From: a virus
Lineage: Duplodnaviria > Caudoviricetes
Length of the DNA: 38,828 bases
IMG/VR virus record: IMGVR_UViG_3300020420_000677
Location: 1 to 38,828 of that record
Reading direction: 5' to 3' (one strand)
In this document: piece by piece, positions 26,656 to 35,173 of the stretch
Layout: every line of letters starts with the position of its first letter
Position numbering within the stretch: position 1 is the stretch's first letter
Position numbers and translations under genes: made by a program
Notes under the pieces: model-generated
Told to the model about the DNA's origin: nothing
The model's input: only the letters and a program-made list of their open reading frames with translations
Databases searched by the model: none

Positions 26656-27318
26656 TTATTCGAAAATTCCTTCTTTTTTCAGTGCTTCAAAAACTTCTAA
26701 TTTAGGAACTTTTGGTCCTACGTATTTGAACTTATGTCTGATATGTATCATTTTTGCTTTTTCATATCCAGGAAAACAATTTCCCCAACACCATTCTTCT
26801 GGCACATCTATTTGTTTTAAGCCGGCTAGAGTTGCTAATCTGTGAATTGCTCCCTCATCATTAAAGTTTTTATTAAATATTTTCAGTTCCTTATCCACTA
26901 TAAATTTTCTTAATTGTTTTCTTTGATCATTGGTAAACTTCCAAAATGCTCCACCCCAAAAAGGACCATTCCTATCCGTCACTGATCTATATTTTTTACC
27001 TTTACACATAGCCTTAAAAATATCTTTTTGTACTTTTGAATTTAATCCAACTCCTGGCACATCGAATACATTATCTTTCACATCTTTTACTACAAACATA
27101 TCTAAATCTACCATTAACGTATCTTGATATTTGTCAAATCTTTTGTCCAACATAATTAATTTTTGATAACATCCATGTAATTTTGGATGAAACTGATTGC
27201 CTAGAATTAATTCATATTCAGCGCCACATTGTTTGGCATATTTTTCCATATTTGCTTTAGATGCCAATTCTAGAGGACCTAGTTCTCCTGTCCAATGTTG
27301 TAAAATTATATTTTTCAT
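26656..27318 (-). CDS. GT-A glycosyltransferase (GT34/GT8-like)
   Basis: YQKL, MVDLDMF, NDEG. Confidence 0.65.
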   Translation of the reverse strand: MKNIILQHWTGELGPLELASKANMEKYAKQCGAEYELILGNQFHPKLHGCYQKLIMLDKRFDKYQDTLMVDLDMFVVKDVKDNVFDVPGVGLNSKVQKDIFKAMCKGKKYRSVTDRNGPFWGGAFWKFTNDQRKQLRKFIVDKELKIFNKNFNDEGAIHRLATLAGLKQIDVPEEWCWGNCFPGYEKAKMIHIRHKFKYVGPKVPKLEVFEALKKEGIFE

Positions 27319-28094
27319 ATTTTTTTCAATATCTCCTCGATGTTTTCACCACGCTGTGGTAAGTGATCTCTTAAAAAGAAGTGGACAAAGTAACTTTCTT
27401 TCTGTTTATGTTTTTCAACTGCGGTATACAATGAATTCCAACGCCAGTCCATGTTTTTGCATTTCATTTTTTCTTTCTTCACAAACCAGTTCAGCAACAT
27501 CTGATCTGTGCTCCATTTAAAAAAACCAACACCATCAACAAAATCTTTAAATTCTGGTCTGGAAATAAATTCCTTAGGTGTTTGTCCGTTCAAATATTTA
27601 GCGAATGATTTATTCATCACCATTAGTCCCATGTTGTAAAATTCTGCACCTAAATTATTCCAACGCCAGTCAACATCTTTTAGATTAGTGAAAGCACTTC
27701 TTGAATATTTTGTAATTTTATTCTTGTATTTGTGATTTAGTGGTAGTTCTCTTTCAACAACACCACCGAAGTCATAATCTTGTGATAAGTCTAAAAATAT
27801 ATCAGGTGCAGTTGATTTTATGTATATGTCACTGTCCACTATGGCGATCTGATCATATCTATCGAAATATTCAAAAGCATTTTCTTTCTCGTAGATAGGC
27901 ATATAACCTAATTTTTCCACTGCTTGTAAACTTCTACCTGTTCTAGAAGGATCTGGTCTTATCTTTAGTTTCGGTTCTGTTAAAACTATGTGATCTATTG
28001 CATATTTTTTACAATATTCTGCAACACTGTTGATACAAGTTTGATATAACTTGCTAGGTTTACCCACACTTACTTGAAATATTAATCTTTTCAT
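27315..28094 (-). CDS. GT8-like glycosyltransferase
   Basis: IVDSDIY, YNMGLMV, TDQMLLN, WNSL, FVHF. Confidence 0.75.
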   Translation of the reverse strand: MKRLIFQVSVGKPSKLYQTCINSVAEYCKKYAIDHIVLTEPKLKIRPDPSRTGRSLQAVEKLGYMPIYEKENAFEYFDRYDQIAIVDSDIYIKSTAPDIFLDLSQDYDFGGVVERELPLNHKYKNKITKYSRSAFTNLKDVDWRWNNLGAEFYNMGLMVMNKSFAKYLNGQTPKEFISRPEFKDFVDGVGFFKWSTDQMLLNWFVKKEKMKCKNMDWRWNSLYTAVEKHKQKESYFVHFFLRDHLPQRGENIEEILKKI

Positions 28095-28672
28095 TTTAAA
28101 TCCTTTGTGAAACTAAATCTTTTTTGTGAAAATGATACTTGGTTGCCCTTGTCAAATTTTACATCTAAAATAGATGCATTCAAGGCCCAATCTGCTGGAA
28201 TGGCGCCATTCTGTTTTACCCATTGTACAAGTTTTCCTGCACCTGCTGGTTTTAAAAGATATGCTCTTGCACCTTCCCACCATTGTCCGATAACATTTTT
28301 CTTCGCAGGAGTAAATCCTTGAAATTTCAATACATCATCAAAATCCTCTTGCAAGGAAAAAGGTTTTTTAAACAAAACATCATGTTCAAATATGCAAATA
28401 GGTTTTTGTTCTTTTAAACATTTATACCATAACGAATATTGACTTAAGAAACAACCCAATGTGCCTGGTCTTTCAATAAGTCTTAAACTTTTTTTGCTTC
28501 TTGTATAAAATTTTAATTTGTGTTCTGCAATAGTTGTTGTGCGTCCGTCTATTCCAGGGTAAAGTTCCAAGTTCCAACCAAAAGCACGTCCTGATGCAAG
28601 TGCTTCGTTGGCCCATTCAACAGAATAAGGATGATTAGGCAGATAGATTATGTAACCTTTAGGATTTTCCAT
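28091..28672 (-). CDS. GT25-like glycosyltransferase
   Basis: PGIDG, GCFLSQYSLW, IFEHDV, GARAYLLKP. Confidence 0.75.
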   Translation of the reverse strand: MENPKGYIIYLPNHPYSVEWANEALASGRAFGWNLELYPGIDGRTTTIAEHKLKFYTRSKKSLRLIERPGTLGCFLSQYSLWYKCLKEQKPICIFEHDVLFKKPFSLQEDFDDVLKFQGFTPAKKNVIGQWWEGARAYLLKPAGAGKLVQWVKQNGAIPADWALNASILDVKFDKGNQVSFSQKRFSFTKDLK

Positions 28673-29513
28673 GTTTTTTCCTTTTGTCTTTATGAAATTT
28701 TAGTTTTTGTCTATCTGTAAACCAATTGTATTTTAAATTTTTATATCTCGTTCCGTATTTTTTAGTGCCTTTGGCTGTACTAAAAATTTCTCCACCTGAT
28801 TTTAGTCCCCAACTGTTCCATGCATATGGAATTTCGTGTATAGGTGTACCATCCCAAGCATCAAAAATTTGTTTCAGCACGTGTTGGTCAACAAACCAAT
28901 AAATTGGTCTTTGAAAAGCCATAGTCATTTGTTGTGCTAGGTGTTGTTTGAATCTTTCACCTTCTTGTCCTATACCAGGAGACAAACAACTCGCGATGTA
29001 AACGGTTCTTTCCTTTGGTTTACGCATGGCGCTAGGTGTTTTTGTAATTCTTTGATAATGATGTAAAGCAAATGTTACTCTACACAGTCCATCTGCGTCT
29101 AATTGTAAAACGTGTTGATGTGTCCCAAACAATTTGTCCATTATCATGAATCTACGGCTAGACCAATAAATTTTCTGCTTTAACTCTTCGTGCTGTCTTG
29201 TATTACAAATTTCCATACCACGAGCAAACAAGGAATTTTTTGTATCTAACCTAAATTGATCATAGAAATCTTTAGGATGTCTTTCAAATGTATATGTGAT
29301 GCCGGGATCGGAAATATAATTTTTTGGATTGTGTTCTTCTTGTTCATACATGATGTGAACGTGTACATGAACTTGATGATGATTATAATACAAGGTGCTT
29401 TTTGCCAAGTATTGTCCATACTCGACCCAATATTTCGGATTGCAACTAAAATAGATAATATTTTGTTTGTTTACTGGCAAGTCGCCTTCAATAGGTAATT
29501 TATCAAACGTCAT
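28659..29513 (-). CDS. GT-A glycosyltransferase-like protein
   Basis: QLDADGL (DxD), WFVDQHVL. Confidence 0.6.
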   Translation of the reverse strand: MTFDKLPIEGDLPVNKQNIIYFSCNPKYWVEYGQYLAKSTLYYNHHQVHVHVHIMYEQEEHNPKNYISDPGITYTFERHPKDFYDQFRLDTKNSLFARGMEICNTRQHEELKQKIYWSSRRFMIMDKLFGTHQHVLQLDADGLCRVTFALHHYQRITKTPSAMRKPKERTVYIASCLSPGIGQEGERFKQHLAQQMTMAFQRPIYWFVDQHVLKQIFDAWDGTPIHEIPYAWNSWGLKSGGEIFSTAKGTKKYGTRYKNLKYNWFTDRQKLKFHKDKRKKHGKS

Positions 29514-30213
29514 TTTTATATCTCTTAGGTCTACAAAAACTATTTTTACTTCTTTTTTTACTTTCCATCCAATACCTAGGATTTATTCTACAAAAGGAAG
29601 TCAATGTGTAACGTAAATCTATGGCAGTGCTGTTCATTGCTAAATCAGGACTCATAGCACCAACGTTCCAAACCCAGTCCACCATTTTTGTGGCACCTAA
29701 GGGTTTAATGATGTATGCGTGTGATCCTTTTATGTGAGTTTTGTTGTAAAGTTCGTGTCCTGACAATCTTGGCAATACAGGACGCCACTGTTGTACACCG
29801 TCACCATGATAAGTTTTTGTATGATCTTCATAATTTACTACGTTTCTACTTGCAAAGTCTAAATGTAGTACATCTTCAAATGTATTCATTAAATTTTCTG
29901 GAATTTCACGTAAAACAAAATTATCATGCTCAAATATCATCATAGGTTTGGCACTTGCTATACATTTCTTCCATAATCTATAGTGAGATAGCAAACAACC
30001 TTTCAAACCTGGATTAATTTCTTTTCTACTTTGTCCTTTTTTGAAAACTTTCAAGTCTTGCTCATTAAAATGTTTATCTACGTCGTCACCCCAAGTAGCA
30101 GGAAAAATTTCTGGTTGGATGCCAAATTTATTTGCGGAATCTATACATTCTTGGGCCAACATTTCGCTAATGCCTTCTCCAATCATGGTTATTACGTAGG
30201 TAGGAATATTCAT
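29503..30213 (-). CDS. GT25-like glycosyltransferase
   Basis: GCLLSHYRLWKKC, IFEHDN, GSHAYIIKP. Confidence 0.75.
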   Translation of the reverse strand: MNIPTYVITMIGEGISEMLAQECIDSANKFGIQPEIFPATWGDDVDKHFNEQDLKVFKKGQSRKEINPGLKGCLLSHYRLWKKCIASAKPMMIFEHDNFVLREIPENLMNTFEDVLHLDFASRNVVNYEDHTKTYHGDGVQQWRPVLPRLSGHELYNKTHIKGSHAYIIKPLGATKMVDWVWNVGAMSPDLAMNSTAIDLRYTLTSFCRINPRYWMESKKRSKNSFCRPKRYKNDV

Positions 30214-30219
30214 TTTTAA

Positions 30220-30226
30220 TATTTAT
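30220..30226 (-). promoter_or_regulatory. T4-late-like promoter core (ATAAATA) heading the glycan island
   Basis: Intergenic, 6 nt upstream of ATG 30213. Confidence 0.65.
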
Positions 30227-30248
30227 TGGATGTGTTTTTAGGTAGTGC

Positions 30249-30707
30249 TTATATAGAAGCGTCTTCCATACCAGCAACTCTTAATTTAACAATGTTTGTG
30301 ATTTGCCATTGTTTTTGGTCAAGTCCTTTAGTGATACCTAACCATTTATTTCTTAAAAGTGCAAATTCATTAATTATTTTTTCATAATCAACAACATCTG
30401 CCTCACCATCGACATATTTTTCTACGTCTCTGCTGGATAGTGCTCTTTGATAATTTTCTAAATATTTTTTGAAGTGTTTGCTTCTTAATCTACGCAATTC
30501 TATATTCATGTACTGCAAAATTGCTTCTATTTCTTGTAATTGATTGAATCTCTGTTCAACTATGCCTGGCATATCGGCAGAAGCCTTCTCAACATTACCT
30601 CTGATCCTGCATTCTGTTCTTGCAGAGTCAAGTTCTGCCTCATAATGTTTTATTGCTTCTGGTATTGCACTAATATCTCTTGCAATTTTCTGATACCATC
30701 CAGCCAT
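30249..30707 (-). CDS. uvsY: Recombination mediator UvsY-like
   Basis: 152-aa helical protein (DVEKYVDGE...KQWQITNIVKLR) next to uvsX. Confidence 0.7.
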   Translation of the reverse strand: MAGWYQKIARDISAIPEAIKHYEAELDSARTECRIRGNVEKASADMPGIVEQRFNQLQEIEAILQYMNIELRRLRSKHFKKYLENYQRALSSRDVEKYVDGEADVVDYEKIINEFALLRNKWLGITKGLDQKQWQITNIVKLRVAGMEDASI

Positions 30708-30925
30708 TAATAATCCTCTTCTTCGCCACCGATATCTAAAAAGTATTGTATTGCCTTGTCCAATTCGTCATCTGCACCTAAGGCGTCTTTTAAATCCTCG
30801 TCTTCGACGCCATGGTCAGCAAGTAAGTCTACAAACTTTTCTGCAATCAAATCCATCGGTTGTTTACGATCCATGTATTCTTTGAAAAAATTCCAAAGTT
30901 CTACAATCTGTGATCCTGATAACAT
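30707..30925 (-). CDS. Small acidic hypothetical protein
   Basis: ATG 30925 follows GAGGAG and the uvsX stop. Confidence 0.65.
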   Translation of the reverse strand: MLSGSQIVELWNFFKEYMDRKQPMDLIAEKFVDLLADHGVEDEDLKDALGADDELDKAIQYFLDIGGEEEDY

Positions 30926-30926
30926 C

Positions 30927-31982
30927 TTACTCCTCTTCTTTTGTAGTTGTTTGTTCTTCAACAGTAATTAAATTGTTGAAATCTTTCATTATGTTGTCTA
31001 GTAGTTCTCCACCAGACTCCCAAACTTTTCTATATTCTTTGATTTCAGTCCCTTTTGAATCAACATATTTAAGTCTGTTACCATCTTTACTTAAGATGCC
31101 TTTTTTCTCAAACAAATCTACAAGTCCTGAGTAAGGATTCATTCCAGTTTCATATGGAATCTTAACTTGTACACCTTCAAAAGGTTTTGCATATCTTGTT
31201 TTCATAACTTTACAAGCCGCTCTTATACCTTTTACGTCAGTTGTTTTGTTACCATCTTCGTCTTCTTTTAATTTTAATTTACGCATTGCAACCACAATAC
31301 TTGATGCATAGATAAAACCTTGTCCACCTGATATCTTATCATCTGGATCAAACATATCTTGTGATGCATATGTGTGGTTAGTTGCAACAAGACCTACGTT
31401 ATGACTACCAAACATATTAACTGTGTTTCTTACAAGTGCCGTTAGTGCCTTAGGTTTTCTACCCATGTCACCTTTCATATCACCTTTTGTAAACTGATCA
31501 ACATCTGTTGGAGTTAATAACATACCTAAAGAATCAATAACAAATAATACTTTTGGTCTTTCTTCTTCTGGCATAGCCTTATAGTCCTGCATGAAAGTCG
31601 ATACTGTCTTTGCAACATCATCTATCATGGACATATTAAGTTTTAATAATTTTTTCTCATCTGTATCAACATCTAATGCTGTTAACCATTGCTCGTCTAG
31701 TGCGTTTTCAGAATCAATTAGTACAACAAATATACCTTGATCCTGTGCCGCTTTTACAATATTACCTGCACAGATATAAGATTTACCTGAACCAGACTCG
31801 CCTGCAAATACAGTTACTTTGCCTAGAGGTATACCTTTGTTGAAGTCTCCACTCACTAGATAGTTGAGTGCATAATTTCCTGTTGAAATCCAATCTGTTG
31901 GATCATGAAATCCAGAACTCATACCAGTAATGGATTTAGTTAGTGTCTTTCTAAATTTACTTACGTCGAATGCCTTTACCAT
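30927..31982 (-). CDS. uvsX: RecA/UvsX recombinase
   Basis: GESGSGKS, IDSENALD, VIDSLG, TNHTY, SGGQG. Confidence 0.92.
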   Translation of the reverse strand: MVKAFDVSKFRKTLTKSITGMSSGFHDPTDWISTGNYALNYLVSGDFNKGIPLGKVTVFAGESGSGKSYICAGNIVKAAQDQGIFVVLIDSENALDEQWLTALDVDTDEKKLLKLNMSMIDDVAKTVSTFMQDYKAMPEEERPKVLFVIDSLGMLLTPTDVDQFTKGDMKGDMGRKPKALTALVRNTVNMFGSHNVGLVATNHTYASQDMFDPDDKISGGQGFIYASSIVVAMRKLKLKEDEDGNKTTDVKGIRAACKVMKTRYAKPFEGVQVKIPYETGMNPYSGLVDLFEKKGILSKDGNRLKYVDSKGTEIKEYRKVWESGGELLDNIMKDFNNLITVEEQTTTKEEE

Positions 31983-32000
31983 TTTATTTTCCCTTTGTTA

Positions 32001-32023
32001 GGGGATCCTGCGAACAGGACCCC
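32001..32023 (-). other. Stable UUCG-tetraloop RNA hairpin between gp32 and uvsX
   Basis: Minus strand reads GGGGTCCTG-TTCG-CAGGATCCCC, with no U-tract after it. Confidence 0.7.
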
Positions 32024-32032
32024 CAATGTGCT

Positions 32033-32995
32033 TTACTTTTGTTGTCGTGCTCTAATCATCGCCAAGATGTCTTCAGCCTTACTTCCTGATTTATCATCAG
32101 TTGTAGCCGCAGTCGTCTCTGCTGGTTTAGATTCAGCAACTGGTGTTGTTTTCACTTCCGGAGCAGGAGTTTCTGCTTTCGGAGTTACTGGATCACCTGT
32201 TCTTGCACTGATACCTGCTGGTCTGAAGTACGAACCAAATTTTTCTTGGTCGTATGCTTCGCCATCAACAGATGCATCAAACATTTCCTTGATTACCTTA
32301 ACGTCAACTTCTGAAGGTTGTTTAGGAAGGAAACCACTTAGGTCAAATAGACCATTAGTTTCAATCGCTTTATTCTCTTCTTCTGATAACGGTCTTGATT
32401 TTCTAGACCAAGTAGATGTTGAGTAGTCTGCGTATCCGCCTTTACTTGTTTTGATTATTCTGAAGTCTACACCATTTGTAGAATCAGTTGGAAGATCTTC
32501 CATATCTGGATCCATCAATGCTCCTTTAATTATTTGGAATATTTGTGGACCAATAATAAATCTTCTTACTGGATTCTCTGGAGTATTTTCTTCGTTTAGT
32601 GGATCATCTTTTACAAAACCTTGGAAGATGTAACTTCTTTTCTTCCAATATTTTCTTCCCATGTCCTCTAACTTAGGATCTTTAAACCAACCTCTGACTT
32701 CAGATAGTATTGGACAAGTTTGTCCATACATTTCCATACATGGTACCTGAACTTGTACTGGTCTTGAATCCGTGTCACCTTTTATACCCGCGAAAGGTAG
32801 TTTGATCATCAAACGTTCTTTCCAGAAAAAAGTGTTGTTTTTATCGCCATCTGGCAGGAATCGTACAGTTGCCTGCTCTCCTTCTTTTAGATTCCAGAAT
32901 GGATAAATGGCGTTGTCTCCGCCTGTTCTTGAAGAGCCACCTGATTTAACTTCTTGATCTTTCAGTTTCGCTCTTATTTCCGCTAGTGTTGCCAT
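32033..32995 (-). CDS. Single-stranded DNA-binding protein, T4 gp32-like
   Basis: ATVRFLPD, CPIL, YWKKRSY, GYADYSTS, Ala/Pro/Thr linker. Start revised to MATLAEIR (32995) after AGGAGG. Confidence 0.88.
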   Translation of the reverse strand: MATLAEIRAKLKDQEVKSGGSSRTGGDNAIYPFWNLKEGEQATVRFLPDGDKNNTFFWKERLMIKLPFAGIKGDTDSRPVQVQVPCMEMYGQTCPILSEVRGWFKDPKLEDMGRKYWKKRSYIFQGFVKDDPLNEENTPENPVRRFIIGPQIFQIIKGALMDPDMEDLPTDSTNGVDFRIIKTSKGGYADYSTSTWSRKSRPLSEEENKAIETNGLFDLSGFLPKQPSEVDVKVIKEMFDASVDGEAYDQEKFGSYFRPAGISARTGDPVTPKAETPAPEVKTTPVAESKPAETTAATTDDKSGSKAEDILAMIRARQQK

Positions 32996-33043
32996 AATGT
33001 TTAGCCTCCTATATTGCCTTTTATTATTATGTGCCTTATTGTT

Positions 33044-33099
33044 AATATAGCACAGACAAGCATACTTGTCAATATATACTAACAAAACTATTTAGTCAA
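33044..33099 (-). promoter_or_regulatory. Tandem sigma70-type promoters for gp32
   Basis: TTGACT (33099-33094)-N17-TATATT (33076-33071) and TTGACA (33072-33067)-N17-TATATT (33049-33044). Confidence 0.7.
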
Positions 33100-33118
33100 T
33101 CGGAAATGGTAAGATTAA

Positions 33119-35158
33119 TTACTTGACGCCTGCCAATTTTTTGATTTTTTCTATTTCTTGGTCGTTGCCGGCTGTCATCTTGTGGATAGTCTCCTGTGCA
33201 GAGCCTATTAAGTCTTCTCCAAACTTTTTCTCAACAGCAGTCAGGATTGCAGTTTCACCTTTTGGAAATTTATTTGATGTGTAGTCAAAGAAACTTTTGA
33301 TGAATTCTTCAACCATTTCAGGTGTTGCATTTGGAACTTCTGGTTTATTTTCTTCAGTGTCGCCTTGATCTCTAGCAACTTTGTAGGCTTGTTGTGCCTT
33401 TTCATCGTCGCTGTGATCTTCTGATCCTTTTCTTAATTTGTCAAAATTCTTTTTCAAGTACTCCATTGCATCTTTGGCATCGTGTGTTTTGAAAACAGAT
33501 TTTTCATCTTTGTTAAGCACGTCATAAGTCATCTTACCAGATTTTTCATCTTTGTACATTGAAACATATGGTTTAATATCTTCAAATGTAATTGGAGCAT
33601 CTTCTTTCTTCATGTCTCCTGTATCTAGTCTTGACGCCAATTGTGGGTCTTTGGACATAACGTAATCCATAATCATTGGACGCATACACAGATCACTGTT
33701 TTCTTCTGCCGCTTTTTCAATAGCGTTGTTGAAATCTTCATCGTCTATTATTCCTTGAATGCTTTCAATACCATTTGTGCCGTTTACTCCAACAGGAAAA
33801 TGTTTCTGCATCATTTGATTTAATTTTTGTACTGCTTCTTTTTGTTCTTCTGGATCTTGAGAAAATAAAGCATTGCCTTCATCTACTATTTGTTCCATTG
33901 CGTCTTCGAAATCACCAAACACTTGTCCCATAGTTTCAATCATTCCACCTAAAACTTTTTCAACTTCTTCTTTTCCTGCATCTGTGTGAATTACTATACC
34001 TTGGTATCTGTCTTCTCTTGATTGTACATCTGCATTAATACCTGCTTTTTGTAAAAGTTCTTTTACCTGTTCAGCATCTTTTTCTGAAACTGGCTCTTCA
34101 GGTGAATAGTCACCAGCAAGATCATACTCATATCTTCTTGCTTCTGTGCCACCTTGATAACCATGTGCTTCAAATGATTCTGGTTCTAAATCTTGTATTG
34201 CTGTTTTTTCTGTTACTAATTTGTAAATGTAAGGAAATACATCTTGTAATTCTTCTTTGAAAGTTTTGATTGTTAATTCATCTATCCAGTTTTTCTTGAT
34301 GTCTTCTGGAACTTCTATTGAATCTGATTCTTTAAAACTTTCTAAATTTTCTTTGTAGTTTGATGATCTTTGTAATTTTACGCATTCAATTTTGATTGAA
34401 TCTATTCTTTCATCAACTATACCTTGATATTCTTTTAAACCTTCTGCCATAACGTTTGAACGATTTATGTAAGTTTTAAAAGATTTTAATTTGCTTAATT
34501 CTTCACTTAAACCTGTTATGTGTTTTCCAAATGAGTCATATGGTTTACCACCTTCACTTACGTGACGTGCCATCGCTCTTGCACCATTTAAATGTTTGAT
34601 TGGATACTTGAATCTTTCACCTTCTGGAGATTCAATAAAAATTGATTCTATTTTGTGTGTGCGTCCGCCTGCAACTGATTGGTCTACGGGTGCTGAATGT
34701 TTTATTACAAGTCTCGCTTCTCCTATTGATTGGAAACTTGTTTTTGTTGTTCCAAATAAGTTTGATTCACTCATTGTATCTACCTCTTTCCCTTGACCTA
34801 AAAACTCATAGTCTCTTTTTTCAAGATTGCTTTTTGTGATATCTCTTGTATCGAATGAAAGCACTCTTGCTTTTGCGAATTGACCCATTTCCTTTAAAAA
34901 GTTATACCAACTCGTTTTGACACCGTCATCTGCGCCTTCAACCATGTCCTTATTATGCAGTACAACCAAGCCATCTTCTTCGCTTATACTAATACTTACC
35001 TTTCCTAGCACGTTTCCACCTTCTTTGAATTCGAAGTCAAAAAACCTTGCATCCTCTGGTTTATTGGTAATTTTACCCGTTGAATCACCTATGGTGACAC
35101 CAGGGAATCGTCCTCTGATCTTGTTAAAAAGGTCTTTTCCTATTGCTTGTAAGTTCAT
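33119..35158 (-). CDS. Large acidic hypothetical protein, probably head/prohead-associated
   Basis: 679 aa, Glu/Asp-rich, directly downstream of the terminase, with a late-type motif 6 nt upstream. Confidence 0.65.
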   Translation of the reverse strand: MNLQAIGKDLFNKIRGRFPGVTIGDSTGKITNKPEDARFFDFEFKEGGNVLGKVSISISEEDGLVVLHNKDMVEGADDGVKTSWYNFLKEMGQFAKARVLSFDTRDITKSNLEKRDYEFLGQGKEVDTMSESNLFGTTKTSFQSIGEARLVIKHSAPVDQSVAGGRTHKIESIFIESPEGERFKYPIKHLNGARAMARHVSEGGKPYDSFGKHITGLSEELSKLKSFKTYINRSNVMAEGLKEYQGIVDERIDSIKIECVKLQRSSNYKENLESFKESDSIEVPEDIKKNWIDELTIKTFKEELQDVFPYIYKLVTEKTAIQDLEPESFEAHGYQGGTEARRYEYDLAGDYSPEEPVSEKDAEQVKELLQKAGINADVQSREDRYQGIVIHTDAGKEEVEKVLGGMIETMGQVFGDFEDAMEQIVDEGNALFSQDPEEQKEAVQKLNQMMQKHFPVGVNGTNGIESIQGIIDDEDFNNAIEKAAEENSDLCMRPMIMDYVMSKDPQLASRLDTGDMKKEDAPITFEDIKPYVSMYKDEKSGKMTYDVLNKDEKSVFKTHDAKDAMEYLKKNFDKLRKGSEDHSDDEKAQQAYKVARDQGDTEENKPEVPNATPEMVEEFIKSFFDYTSNKFPKGETAILTAVEKKFGEDLIGSAQETIHKMTAGNDQEIEKIKKLAGVK

Positions 35159-35164
35159 ATTTTA

Positions 35165-35171
35165 TATTTAT
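35165..35171 (-). promoter_or_regulatory. T4-late-like promoter core (ATAAATA)
   Basis: 6 nt upstream of ATG 35158. Confidence 0.65.
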
Positions 35172-35173
35172 CA

